This document shows positions 19,086-30,091 of a stretch of 45,865 bases of DNA, one piece after another. Under the pieces are notes generated by a model, which was not told the DNA's origin, searched no databases, and saw only the letters and a program-made list of their open reading frames with translations. A program made the translations under genes and the position numbers. This DNA comes from Escherichia phage mEp460_ev081: the sequence record LR597641; one strand, written 5' to 3'. Each line of letters begins with the position of its first letter. Within the stretch, counting starts at the first letter, position 1.

Positions 19086-22000
19086 GTGAATATGGCAGTA
19101 AAGATTTCAGGTGTACTGAAAGACGGCACAGGAAAACCGGTACAGAACTGCACAATCCAGCTGAAAGCAAAACGTAACAGTACCACGGTGGTGGTGAACA
19201 CGCTGGCCTCAGAAAATCCGGATGAAGCCGGGCGTTACAGCATGGACGTTGAGTACGGGCAGTACAGCGTTATTCTGTTGGTGGAGGGATTCCCGCCGTC
19301 ACATGCCGGGACCATCACCGTGTATGAAGATTCCCGACCCGGTACGCTGAATGATTTTCTCGGTGCCATGACGGAGGATGATGCCCGTCCGGAGGCACTG
19401 CGCCGTTTTGAACTGATGGTGGAAGAGGTGGCGCGTAACGCGTCCGTGGTGGCACAGAACACGGCAGTCGCGAAGAAGTCAGCCGGCGATGCCGGCACAT
19501 CTGCCCGTGAGGCGGCAACCCATGCGACTGATGCTACAGGCTCAGCACGCGCAGCCAGCACGTCAGCCGGACAGGCCGCTTCGTCGGCTCAGTCAGCGTC
19601 TTCCAGCGCAGGAACGGCATCAACAAAGGCCACTGAAGCATCAAAAAGTGCTGCCGCTGCAGAGTCCTCAAAAAGCGCGGCAGCTACCAGTGCCAGTGCC
19701 GCGAAAACGTCAGAAACGAATGCGGCAGCGTCACAACAATCAGCAGCCACTTCTGCATCCACCGCGACCACGAAAGCGTCAGAAGCTGCCACCTCAGCCC
19801 GGGATGCGGCGGCTTCAAAAGAGGCGGCAAAATCATCAGAAACGAACGCATCCTCGAGCGCCAGTAGCGCAGCTTCCTCGGCAACAGCGGCAGGAAATTC
19901 CGCGAAGGCGGCAAAAACGTCCGAGACGAACGCCAGGTCTTCTGAGACGGCAGCGGGACAGAGCGCCTCAGCTGCGGCAGGCTCAAAAACAGCGGCTGCG
20001 TCGTCTGCCAGTGCCGCGTCAACAAGTGCCGGGCAGGCCTCAGCCAGTGCCATCGCCGCCGGAAAATCGGCAGAAAGCGCCGCATCATCCGCTTCAACAG
20101 CCACAACGAAGGCTGGCGAAGCCACTGAACAGGCCAGCGCAGCAGCGAGGTCAGCTTCCGCAGCGAAGACATCCGAAACGAACGCGAAAGCGTCGGAAAC
20201 CAGCGCAGAATCCTCAAAAACGGCTGCCGCATCGTCCGCCAGTTCGGCGGCGTCATCGGCCTCATCGGCGTCTGCTTCAAAAGATGAGGCGACCAGACAA
20301 GCGTCAGCAGCGAAGGGCAGCGCCACGACGGCATCCACGAAGGCAACAGAGGCTGCTGGCAGTGCGACGGCGGCAGCACAGAGCAAGAGTACGGCAGAAT
20401 CCGCAGCAACGCGCGCCGAGACAGCAGCAAAACGGGCAGAGGATATTGCATCCGCTGTGGCGCTTGAGGATGCGAGCACGACGAAAAAGGGGATAGTACA
20501 GCTCAGTAGTGCGACTAACAGCACTTCCGAGTCACTGGCGGCAACACCAAAAGCCGTTAAGGCCGCGTATGACCTGGCTAACGGGAAATACACCGCACAG
20601 GATGCAACGACAGCACAGAAAGGGATAATCCAGCTAAGCAGCGCGACCAACAGCACGTCTGAAACGCTTGCCGCGACACCAAAGGCAGTAAAAACAGCCT
20701 ATGACAATGCTGAGAAACGTCTGCAGAAAGATCAGAACGGTGCGGATATCCCTGGCAAAGACACCTTTACGAAAAATATTGGTGCCTGCCGTGCCTTTGG
20801 TGGGTCAGTAAGCACAATAACAGGAAACTGGACGACTGCACAGTTTATCGAGTGGCTGGATTCTCAGGGAGCATTTAACCATCCCTACTGGATGTGCAAG
20901 GGTTCCTGGTCTTATGGCAATAATAAAATCATTACTGATACTGACTGCGGTAATATTCATCTCGCCGGAGCTGTCATTGAAGTAATGGGGATAAAATCAG
21001 CGATGACGATCCGCATTACCACACCGACCACCTCCACTGGTGGTGGAACAACTAACGCCCAGTTTACCTATATTAATCACGGAACAGATTATTCACCTGG
21101 CTGGCGAAGGGACTATAACTCCAGAAATAAGCCAACGGCATCAGAGATCGGGGCGTTACCGTCAGGTGGAACAGCAGTATCATCAGTTAATCTGTCTTCA
21201 AAAGGTCGGGTAACCGCGCTGACAGACAATACGCAGGGGGCAACAGGTCTTGAGTTATACGAGGTGTATAACAACGGATATCCAACAGCGTATGGAAATA
21301 TCATTCACCTGAAAGGGATGACAGCCGTTGGCGAAGGTGAGTTACTCATCGGCTGGAGTGGTACAAGCGGTGCTCATGCTCCGGCATTTATTCGTTCACG
21401 ACGGGATACGACCGACGCAAACTGGTCGCCGTGGGCGCAGCTTTACACCTCGGCTCATCCTCCTGCAGAGTTTTATCCAGTCGGTGCACCAATCCCGTGG
21501 CCATCAGATACCGTTCCGTCTGGCTATGCCCTGATGCAGGGGCAGATTTTTGACAAATCTGCATACCCGAAACTTGCAGCGGCTTATCCGTCAGGCGTGA
21601 TCCCTGATATGCGTGGCTGGACGATTAAGGGCAAACCTACCAGTGGTCGGGCCGTATTGTCTCAGGAACAGGACGGCATTAAATCGCATACCCACAGCGC
21701 CAGCGCATCCAGTACGGATTTGGGGACGAAAACCACATCGTCGTTTGATTACGGCACTAAATCCACGAATAACACTGGTGCGCATACCCATAGTTTAAGT
21801 GGCAGCACGAATGCAGCTGGTAATCACAGCCATAGAGATGGCCGTCGATTTAACCCCAGTGTTTTTAAAGATACTTATCAATATGGTTATACAAGCTCAG
21901 GTCAAAATACCTGGGGTGTACAAGGCTCAGTAGGTATGTCTACGGGGTGGTTAGCTAATACCAGTACAGATGGTAATCATAGCCACTCACTGTCCGGCAC

Positions 22001-22163
22001 AGCAGCATCTGCAGGTGCACACGCGCATACTGTCGGTATTGGTGCTCATACGCACTCCGTTGCGATTGGTTCACATGGACACACCATCACCGTTAACGCT
22101 GCTGGTAACGCGGAAAACACCGTCAAAAACATCGCATTTAACTATATTGTGAGGCTTGCATAA
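19086..22163 (+). CDS. stf: Side tail fiber protein Stf
   Basis: N-terminus [26 protein letters not shown] matches lambda Stf (likely true start at the ATG at 19092); long Ala/Ser/Thr-rich repeat region; C-terminal His-rich GxHxH repeats and ending [11 protein letters not shown] as in lambda-type fibres. Confidence 0.9.
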
Positions 22164-22738
22164 TGGCATTCAGAATGAGTGAACAACCACGGACCATAAA
22201 AATTTATAATCTGCTGGCCGGAACTAATGAATTTATTGGTGAAGGTGATGCATATATTCCGCCTCATACAGGTCTGCCAGCAAACAGTACCGATATTGCA
22301 CCGCCAGATATTCCGGCTGGCTTCGTGGCTGTTTTCAACAGTGATGAGTCATCGTGGCATCTCGTTGAAGATCATCGGGGTAAAACGGTTTATGACGTGG
22401 CTTCCGGCGACGCGTTATTTATTTCTGAACTCGGTCCGTTACCGGAAAATGTTACCTGGTTATCGCCGGAAGGGGAGTTTCAGAAGTGGAACGGCACAGC
22501 CTGGGTGAAGGATACGGAAGCAGAAAAACTGTTCCGGATCCGGGAGGCGGAAGAAACAAAAAACAACCTGATGCAGGTAGCCAGTGAGCATATTGCGCCG
22601 CTTCAGGATGCTGCAGATCTGGAAATTGCAACGGAGGAAGAAATCTCGTTGCTGGAAGCATGGAAAAAGTATCGGGTATTGCTGAACCGTGTTGATACGT
22701 CAACTGCACAGGATATTGAATGGCCAGCACTGCCGTAG
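22163..22738 (+). CDS. tfa: Tail fiber assembly protein Tfa
   Basis: 191 aa; start overlaps the stf stop; conserved Tfa-like C-terminus ([29 protein letters not shown]). Confidence 0.9.
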
Positions 22739-22835
22739 GGTAAAACATATAAATTCTATAATTAGATGTATCTTTCCATTTACGGCAAGGAAGGGGGCTT
22801 GGAAGACGTAAAGCATCTCACACCGAGATTATTTT

Positions 22836-23426
22836 TTATATGTCAGGTGTCTGAAGTTTTGCTTTGGCTCTTAAAATGGTTTGCCGCGAGGTTTTGAATT
22901 CCCGGGCAATGGCACTTATACTTACACCTGACTTAATTCGTTCGAATACCACCTGTTTCTGTTCTTCATTTAACACAGGTGGTCGACCAAAACGTTTCCC
23001 TGCGCCGCGGGCTCTTACTATCCCGGAATGAGTGCGTTCAAGTAAAAGGTCTCGTTCAAATTCAGCGACTGCTGAAATTACTTGCATCATCATTTTTCCT
23101 GTTGGACTGGTCAGGTCAATGCCACCCAATGCTAAGCAATGCACTCTGATACCTGTTTCGGTCAGTTGTTCCACTGTTTTCCTGATATCCATTGCATTAC
23201 AACCAAGGCGATCCAGTTTTGTCACAATCAATTGATCACCACATTTCAGGCGAGCAAGCAACCGGTTAAAACCTGGACGCTCACTGGTTGCTGCTGAGCC
23301 GCTAATGTGTTCTTCGATTATTTGCTGAGGTTTGATTTTAAAACCTGCACTTTCGATTTCCCGGCGTTGATTTTCGGTGGTCTGATCCAGCGTTGATATC
23401 CGACAGTAAGCAAAAATTCGAGACAT
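22836..23426 (-). CDS. Serine recombinase / DNA invertase (Pin/Gin/Hin family)
   Basis: 196 aa with N-terminal catalytic motif (YCRISTLDQ with presumptive catalytic Ser), resolvase/invertase core and C-terminal HTH; located directly downstream of tfa as pin genes are in e14/Rac/Qin. Confidence 0.85.
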
Positions 23427-23742
23427 AGTGAGACTCTATACGAAATTGGTGTTCATATCATAATGCATCTCAGAAAATAATTATGATTATTTTTGTGCAT
23501 ATTTGTATGTACACGTTCGAAAATAAACGAATGCGTATGCAACCCCGTAATTTTGGTGAGACCCAAAATCGATTTTGTGAAAAAAGGCTTTAACTCGGTT
23601 TGTTTTTCGAGTTCCGGGCGGACTCAAGGAAGAAGAATAGTGTTGCGTGTTATTTTAACCAGATTTCAAGTTGTTTGGTCGTGGAAAAGTGGAGCAAAAT
23701 GTTGTTAAAGTGGAAAAATGATAAAAAAGTAAGTTTATTATA

Positions 23743-23976
23743 TTACATTTTACCATTTAAATTTTGGTTGTCTTTAAGAACTGATATCGCTGTTTGTAAT
23801 AATTCTTTGTTATCCAGCCATGATTTTTTCTTTATGTTTCCTTCAATGTAATCAAGCAATGTTCTGGTATTGATAGGTCTTCCCTGTTTTGCTACTTCCA
23901 CTACAGCATCCCCTAGGATAATTCTTACTTCAGGAAGCTGCGCAGGGAACCACTTTAGGGTGTCTTTTGATTTCAT
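23743..23976 (-). CDS. Small protein, YdfK/YnaE-like (tentative)
   Basis: 77-aa ORF next to the pin-like gene in an AT-rich region, the position occupied by ydfK in Qin; similarity is from memory and unverified. Confidence 0.4.
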   Translation of the reverse strand: MKSKDTLKWFPAQLPEVRIILGDAVVEVAKQGRPINTRTLLDYIEGNIKKKSWLDNKELLQTAISVLKDNQNLNGKM

Positions 23977-24808
23977 GAAGATATTCCTTAAAATATTATT
24001 GATTTTCATTGCGATATTGTATGTCTGATTCAGGATATGTTGACTTATACATCGGTTTTGTCTGGGTTATTGGATATGCCAATCCCTAATTTTATTAGGG
24101 CATGACTAAAAATGCTGAATATGATAAGGAGAGATGTGATTATCAGTATGCTGTTCATATAGCCTCGAATTAGTAATGTGTTATATATGATATAGTTGAC
24201 AATTTTTATCTTGGGTGTTCTTAAAGTTCGTAGATAAACATTGTCGTTTCAGGTATACAGGAATGCTAACAGGTGGCAGCAAAAATCAGGCGGTTTATGG
24301 CGCAAGCTGAAGCGGCAACTGTAAACTATCTTATGCAGAGACTCTACACGGATTGGGTTTAAAAGTATACATAGATAACAGTTTTTATCTGAAAAAGAAA
24401 AATATCAAGGTGATATAGCCTATATGCCTTTGATGCGGAGGAATGAATGTGATGGGAGTGATGTATCTGAATAGTTGAAAAACCGCAGACACGCCTTATG
24501 CAAGAACGTGCTGCGGTTGGCTGGTAAATTTTTCGATAGTGTGAGTATTGAATGATTTCCAGCCGTTCTTGATTTTACGCATAAATCCATGAAAAAACTA
24601 CTTATCTGTTGGGGAGTTTTTTTTGGGGCATATATGGGACAGAAATAGGCCCCAGATAGACACTGAGATCGAACTTAGGATGCTTTTTAAAAAATGCAAC
24701 TATCTGAAAAAACCTAGAAAACGCCAAGGAAACCACAGGATGGGAAAAAACACCTGTGAATTATGGATTTCAAGAGTCATACGTGTCAACTATTTGATAA
24801 ATATTAAA

Positions 24809-26089
24809 TTAATTTTTCATTGCTTCGTTATGGGGCATGGTTGGGGCAAACTCGCTTAACTGTGTATTTAACAAAGCTACCTGTGCATTATTGTTTTCAG
24901 ACATCCATTTTCCGTATACCTGAAATACCATTTGCGCATCTGCATGGCCCATCTGGTTTGCTATAAATGCCGGGTTAGCACCAGCTGTCAGCGACCAGCA
25001 GGCATAAGTATGTCTCGACTGATATGATTTTCGATGGCGGAGTCCGGCACGTTTTATCGCTGCGTCCCACATCTGCCTTATTGAGTCAACGGTAAAATGG
25101 TCACCATAATTTTTTACTCTCGCTGACACTTCAGGTTGAAAAACAAAGGTGCATTTATGTTTTTCTGTTCTGCCATACTCTCTGAGGTAAACATCAATGA
25201 TATGCTCTTTGCTCAGTCTCGTTAATGTCATCTGACTCCGGAGAGCGTCGATTGCTGGCTTAATAAGATGAATGACCCGATTGGTTCCCGCCTGTGTTTT
25301 TGGTACCGTGAAACGGTCTTTTGCTAAATTTCTCCTGATCATCATTGTTCCATTTTTCAGATCTATGTCCTCCCATCCAAGTGCACACAGCTCACCAGGG
25401 CGAACGCCAGTATAAACAGAAACACACCATAAATTTTTGGCTTGCTGATTTCTGCACGCATCGATAAGACGGATGAATTCCTCCCGCGAAAGAGGATCCG
25501 GAATGGTTCTTGATTCCTTTAATGGCGAGATCCCCTTAAACGGGTTATCTGCCAGGTAACCGTTATCAACACCAAACTGGAACACGGCGTTAAGATTTGT
25601 CATGTAATTATTTACAGTTACAGCCGATCTCCCTGGTTGTGTAACAATATAGTTACTTTTGGGGATCTGGTATCCAGTCAGTAGCTCTTTACGAACCTCC
25701 AGTAATTTTTCTTTATTAATCGATGAGGCAAGATTTTTTTCACCGATTATGCTCAGGATATTTTTGATGACGGCACGGTATGTGTTGAGTGATGTTTTTG
25801 CGACTTCAGTTTCTTTCAGTGCCAGAAATTTTTCAGCCAGTTCTTTTATGGTTAAATCTTGTCGGGCCTCACCAAATTTTTCCAGATTGCGTGAGGAGGG
25901 AAACTGTTTTGCATAGTCGAAAACACCAGTTTTTATTGCGTAACAAACAGAGGCGCGTAGCTCACCTGCAACGCGCCTGTTTTTTGCTGTGTCAGGAACC
26001 CCCAGGTTTTCCCTGACTCTTACGCCTTTATAAACAAACCAGATACGTAATTTCCCTCCATGGTTTTCCACGCCTGTCGGATATTTCAT
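24809..26089 (-). CDS. int: Tyrosine integrase
   Basis: C-terminal catalytic signature (RHTYACWSL...GH...VYGKW containing the R, HxxR and Y elements); adjacent excisionase; start set at MKYPTGVENHGGK (the ORF extends 5 codons further upstream). Confidence 0.9.
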   Translation of the reverse strand: MKYPTGVENHGGKLRIWFVYKGVRVRENLGVPDTAKNRRVAGELRASVCYAIKTGVFDYAKQFPSSRNLEKFGEARQDLTIKELAEKFLALKETEVAKTSLNTYRAVIKNILSIIGEKNLASSINKEKLLEVRKELLTGYQIPKSNYIVTQPGRSAVTVNNYMTNLNAVFQFGVDNGYLADNPFKGISPLKESRTIPDPLSREEFIRLIDACRNQQAKNLWCVSVYTGVRPGELCALGWEDIDLKNGTMMIRRNLAKDRFTVPKTQAGTNRVIHLIKPAIDALRSQMTLTRLSKEHIIDVYLREYGRTEKHKCTFVFQPEVSARVKNYGDHFTVDSIRQMWDAAIKRAGLRHRKSYQSRHTYACWSLTAGANPAFIANQMGHADAQMVFQVYGKWMSENNNAQVALLNTQLSEFAPTMPHNEAMKN

Positions 26090-26123
26090 TTCAACTTCTC
26101 TCATTAGTTAGTGTGGCTTTTAG

Positions 26124-26375
26124 TCAAGTAAGATGACGTCTTGGTCTTGCTGATGCCTGGCGCTCAATCCAGCGATCAATTTCTTCCAGGTTGTAAAAGC
26201 ATGGACTGTTATCCCATGGCATACCGTCATGAGCGACATGCTTATATTCCCTTCCTTCCATAAACGATTTTTCCCGGGCCTTTTTTAACGTACCTTTTTT
26301 TATTCCTTTCAGCGCAATTAACTGCTCTTCGGATACCCATTTGCCGGGAGAGACAATCATGATTACTTCGCTCAT
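26124..26375 (-). CDS. xis: Excisionase (putative)
   Basis: 83-aa basic ORF immediately upstream of and co-oriented with int. Confidence 0.6.
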   Translation of the reverse strand: MSEVIMIVSPGKWVSEEQLIALKGIKKGTLKKAREKSFMEGREYKHVAHDGMPWDNSPCFYNLEEIDRWIERQASARPRRHLT

Positions 26376-26447
26376 CGATTTCTTTATCTCTTACATCAGA
26401 CGAGCGCCGGTTGCAGAATACCAGTCACAACCGGCGACAGTTGAACA

Positions 26448-28919
26448 TTAAGAATCAGCCTGACTCGGGATCAGTTTTTGCCAGATAGCTGAAACGTATT
26501 TTGCCTGGTAACGGGCGTCATCAAGTGCATTATGGCGCTCACCTTCGAATGGAATAGCCGTTCTGGCATCGAAGTCTATGGCTTTCCCCAGCTCAACGAT
26601 TGTGCGTACATCGCGATCGTTGTAGTAACGCCACGGGCAGGGGATCCCCTGCCGTTCGTATGAACGGCGCAAAATCGTGTTGTCGAAGTTGGCTCCATTT
26701 CCCCAGACATGAACAAAAAATTCACCGGAGTTTTCGTCGATAAATTCCCGCAATTGTAACAGTGCATCATCTAACGGGATTTCATCGGTCATAATGGCAG
26801 ATTGCGCTTCGCGTGATTGTTTAAGCCACCATTTAATGGTGTCCCGATCAATGACTCCGCCAGCAGTTTCCAGATCGATAGTCTTACTAAATTCCGGTCC
26901 CATATCTCCGGTTTGCGGATCGAAAAATATTGCACCTATTGAGATAATCGGGGCATCGGGATTTTTTCCCATGGTTTCAAGGTCGATCATCAGATGAATC
27001 CCCGCTCTGCTGGTGGATGTGAGATTATGATGACCGTTCGCCTTAATTAAGGGATCTGACGCCTCGCCAGTTTCACTATCGCTGGCATGATGCTGATTGC
27101 TGCCAGTGTTCTCCTTGTGCTGATGCGCAGAGCCTTCCATTTCCTCCAGATCATTTTTCTGAACTTCAGGCTGATTCTCTCCATCGAATATTTCCTGGTA
27201 TGTTGCGTCACCCATCACCGCACCACAATCAGGGCAGTTGCCGCCACCGCTCTGACCGCAGGCGGTGCAGATCTTTTCCGGTTCCTGTTGCACTACTGGT
27301 TCAGGTTGTTTCGTTTCTGGCTCGTTTTGTTGCGTATTTGGGCTGTTTTGTTCCGCTTTCTGGTCGTTCTGTTCCGTTTCTTGCTGGTTCTGGTTCACAG
27401 AATCGCGGGTCTGGATCCCCTTAATCCATTTCGGATCATTCGGGTCGCTAATCCCTTCAACAAATTCACCACGTGATACTGCAAGCAGTTCATCGGCGTC
27501 AGGCTGGCTGATATTGGCTGCCTGCATAATTTTGTTTACTTCGTCAGCGGTAACTTTTACTGACCCTGGTTGTGCGGTCGTGTCAGATGCACCAGTATTT
27601 TGTTGTGAACCTGAGTATGTACCGTTTTTGCGGGCGAAATATTCTTCTTTCGTGATTTCAGTAGCCCCAGCAGACAGCGCCTTATCCAGACCAGAAAGTT
27701 TATTTGCGCGACCGTATTTTTCGCCATCCTTGTCGGTGAAGAGGAAGTAGAACGGCCCCTCACGTTCTACAGATGGTTCGACTTCCACTTTGCATTCGGT
27801 TTTTTCGTTGTCTGGAATTGCCGTTTCCACTGCATCAGTTTCTGGTACTGGCGACGAGAGAGTATCAGTTGCGCTCTGATTTGTTCCTTCATCTTCAAAC
27901 ACGCCCTTTGTAGTCAGGTATTCAGTAATGTATTTGTTCAGTGCCACAGGGTCTTTGTGAATGTCGATCGGACGTTCACGGACAAGGCCAAAAATAGTCT
28001 GGCGGTCGTAGCGAAGGGCATCAGGCTGTTTGCGCATTGATGCCGAGATACGCTTCCAGTCTTCGCGGTCGTTGTCGATAACTTCATTTTTTGCCCAGCG
28101 ATGGATGCTGCCGTCAATGTTTCCGGCATCCACATCACCAGGCCAGAGAGCGTAGGCCAGTTCGTCATCCAGTGTTTTCCATGTCTGCTTGTATTCGCGA
28201 TGAATGGCAGCAATGACCGGGTTGATTTTTCCTGTTGAATTTTCAGTGTGCTGTTGATTGGCTCTGGCGCGGGCGAGATCAACAACAGACGTGTATTTTC
28301 CGGCTTCCTTGCGTTCACCTTCGCGACGTTTTTTCCAGATGCGCATCTCTGCCTGAATTTCGGGCCATTTGGCACCAGGCTTACATTTATGCTTAACCCA
28401 CCCGATGGCATGCAGCTTAAGCTCCGGATACATAGCGTTAACTTCTGGCATTTTCATCAACGCTTCAACGATATGGCCGTCGAATGTTGCCATGTCTTCC
28501 TGCAACAATTCCTGTGCGCTAATCACCATATCAACAGTGATGTTTTCACATGTGTCGAACTTAACCATGACAGCGTTCTGTACTTCAGGGGCTAGGTTGT
28601 CAAAAGTGACGTTCATCGGATCGGATTCAGTCTCGACCGGGACAAAGGAAGCAGACGCCTCATCCCAGCGGTTTTCCTGCATATATTCAGCATCCCAGGA
28701 ATCGAGGGCAGGGCGGGGTATACCGGGTTTATCCTCGCAAACAAGAAATTTATAAGCGCAGTCCTGAGCAGCCGGATAATGTTCCAGGAATTGCCAGTGA
28801 AATTTTGCGCGGGCGCGACGTTCATCACCGGCTTCAATGGCAGTGGCTACAGCGACGGCACCTTCTTCCTTTATTGCCTGTTCGTCCGGAATGGCGGCGC
28901 AAATAAAGACTTTACTCAT
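26448..28919 (-). CDS. Large exonuclease-family protein with C-terminal DEDDh (DnaQ-like) 3'-5' exonuclease domain
   Basis: 823 aa; C-terminal IDLETMG...WGNGANFD...HNALDDARY matches the Exo I/II/III motifs of DnaQ-like exonucleases; central CTACG...CPDCG zinc-ribbon-like motif and a Q/N/E-rich low-complexity linker. Confidence 0.75.
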   Translation of the reverse strand: MSKVFICAAIPDEQAIKEEGAVAVATAIEAGDERRARAKFHWQFLEHYPAAQDCAYKFLVCEDKPGIPRPALDSWDAEYMQENRWDEASASFVPVETESDPMNVTFDNLAPEVQNAVMVKFDTCENITVDMVISAQELLQEDMATFDGHIVEALMKMPEVNAMYPELKLHAIGWVKHKCKPGAKWPEIQAEMRIWKKRREGERKEAGKYTSVVDLARARANQQHTENSTGKINPVIAAIHREYKQTWKTLDDELAYALWPGDVDAGNIDGSIHRWAKNEVIDNDREDWKRISASMRKQPDALRYDRQTIFGLVRERPIDIHKDPVALNKYITEYLTTKGVFEDEGTNQSATDTLSSPVPETDAVETAIPDNEKTECKVEVEPSVEREGPFYFLFTDKDGEKYGRANKLSGLDKALSAGATEITKEEYFARKNGTYSGSQQNTGASDTTAQPGSVKVTADEVNKIMQAANISQPDADELLAVSRGEFVEGISDPNDPKWIKGIQTRDSVNQNQQETEQNDQKAEQNSPNTQQNEPETKQPEPVVQQEPEKICTACGQSGGGNCPDCGAVMGDATYQEIFDGENQPEVQKNDLEEMEGSAHQHKENTGSNQHHASDSETGEASDPLIKANGHHNLTSTSRAGIHLMIDLETMGKNPDAPIISIGAIFFDPQTGDMGPEFSKTIDLETAGGVIDRDTIKWWLKQSREAQSAIMTDEIPLDDALLQLREFIDENSGEFFVHVWGNGANFDNTILRRSYERQGIPCPWRYYNDRDVRTIVELGKAIDFDARTAIPFEGERHNALDDARYQAKYVSAIWQKLIPSQADS

Positions 28920-29011
28920 TTTGTTTTACCTCATTACAGATTTAAGGGTGAACAAATCCCTGCCATTGCTGGCATATAAGAATGAAATCGGATGTTTATT
29001 ACGGAACTGTT

Positions 29012-29203
29012 TTAAAGACCTGCCGGGATTTCGTTATTATCCTGGTGAATAACTTTATCGACCGGGTAACAGTTACCGGGAATTTTCTGTTCGGTTGCTG
29101 CAGTCACACACTCCTGCATTGTCCTGTGAACACTGACTGCAATATCAACTGGCTCTCCGGAAACAAGAAAAACTGTCAGAACAAGTGCAAATGCTGTATT
29201 CAT
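29012..29203 (-). CDS. ydfD: YdfD-like small membrane protein
   Basis: 63 aa from MNTAFALVLTVFLVSGEPVD..., matching E. coli Qin YdfD as recalled; start overlaps the dicB stop. Confidence 0.7.
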   Translation of the reverse strand: MNTAFALVLTVFLVSGEPVDIAVSVHRTMQECVTAATEQKIPGNCYPVDKVIHQDNNEIPAGL

Positions 29204-29388
29204 TGCCAGCATCCTTTTTGTATCGGACGTAAACGGGCCAACATTGAAAGAATGCATATTTTATTTAATAGCTTCCGTTCGTGTTTTCTCTTGTTAATGG
29301 CATCTTCAGTAAATACAGGGTTACTGATAGTGACACCAATTTCAAAACAACCTTCAGACGTATTAACGTTTGGTAATAACGTTTCCAT
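29200..29388 (-). CDS. dicB: Cell division inhibitor DicB
   Basis: 62 aa from METLLPNVNTSEGCFEIGVTISNPVFTEDAINKRK..., matching Qin DicB as recalled; immediately downstream of DicF. Confidence 0.8.
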   Translation of the reverse strand: METLLPNVNTSEGCFEIGVTISNPVFTEDAINKRKHERKLLNKICILSMLARLRPIQKGCWQ

Positions 29389-29557
29389 TATCGCGTCCTC
29401 AACAATGAATTTTGTGATGCGGTGCCTGGTGCCTCCAGGTGACGTTAACCAGTTAACAATTAACGCCGGATACAGAGAATCCACCCATAACACTGTTTTT
29501 GGTTTTAACTGTTCCGCGTGCGCTCAGCCGCATTCACCGCATCACAAAATTCACTTT

Positions 29558-29615
29558 AAAAAGGGCGGCAGAGCAGTCACGGAGTAAAACTGATACCGCC
29601 AAACGTCACCAGAAA
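29558..29615 (-). ncRNA. dicF: DicF small regulatory RNA
   Basis: Reverse complement reads TTTCTGGTGACGTTTGGCGGTATCAGTTTTACTCCGTGACTGCTCTGCCGCCCTTTTT, matching E. coli DicF (ftsZ-targeting sRNA) with its intrinsic terminator; located between the ydfBC-like gene and dicB as in Qin. Confidence 0.8.
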
Positions 29616-29890
29616 ATTGATAACAGAGGGCGTTGCAGCGGGGTTGTCACTTAAGCGTATGGTCAACCTGACAACTCGGTGTCCTCAACGGGGAAGGAAT
29701 AACCCCGCCATACTTACCGCCGCGCCATTTCGCGGGTTGCCACAACCGGAAGCGCACGGTCGAATTAAATTTAACGACACCGTACAGTGAGACGAACTTC
29801 GCCGTGCGCTTTCGTGTTGTATGCCTGCTTTTAACCACGTCAGGCGAGGTGGTATCCTTCTTATCCCGAATAACCAAGAAGGAAATCTAT

Positions 29891-30091
29891 ATGACTAAAG
29901 AAGAATTTGTCTCTTATATTTTTGATAAAACGGTTGAAATGTATGCCGCTACTTACGGGTCCTGTAATCCTCTGAATAAACCAGAGGGGAAAGATGATTT
30001 CGACAAAATTTACCGCTTCTTGGAGGACCGCTATATCAAAAGGTTAGAGGACGCAGGGATCAAATCCCCAGTGAAGTCACCATTGTCCTGA
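29891..30091 (+). CDS. Hypothetical small protein, antisense to the dicB-operon transcript
   Basis: 66-aa ORF (MTKEEFVSYIFDKTVEMYAATYG...) with a good RBS (aaggaaat, about 7 nt upstream) and protein-like composition; convergent with the minus-strand operon. Confidence 0.35.
   Translation: MTKEEFVSYIFDKTVEMYAATYGSCNPLNKPEGKDDFDKIYRFLEDRYIKRLEDAGIKSPVKSPLS

Noticed and set aside
19489-20656. Long ORFs overlapping stf in other frames (335-aa Arg/Pro/Gln-rich on +; 355-aa and 255-aa on -)
   Set aside because: They lie entirely within the GC-rich Ala/Ser repeat of the side tail fibre gene and have extreme low-complexity composition; alternative-frame artefacts.
22739-22835. Invertible segment with alternative tail-fibre C-terminus between tfa and pin
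   Set aside because: Only about 100 bp separates tfa from the invertase gene, and no inverted stf'/tfa' coding sequence is present.
24623-24859. 78-aa plus-strand ORF at the integrase 3' end
   Set aside because: Overlaps the integrase stop region in an AT-rich segment, with no RBS; more likely part of the attP/int regulatory region.
27087-27750. Several plus-strand ORFs (129, 74, 161 aa) inside the exonuclease gene
   Set aside because: Antisense to the Q/N/E-rich linker region of the 823-aa gene; low-complexity artefacts.
28982-29587. 201-aa plus-strand Cys-rich ORF
   Set aside because: Antisense to ydfD, dicB and DicF, which are strongly supported on the minus strand.
29647-29877. 76-aa minus-strand ORF just upstream of DicF
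   Set aside because: Highly basic, non-protein-like translation; region more likely the untranslated DicF precursor.
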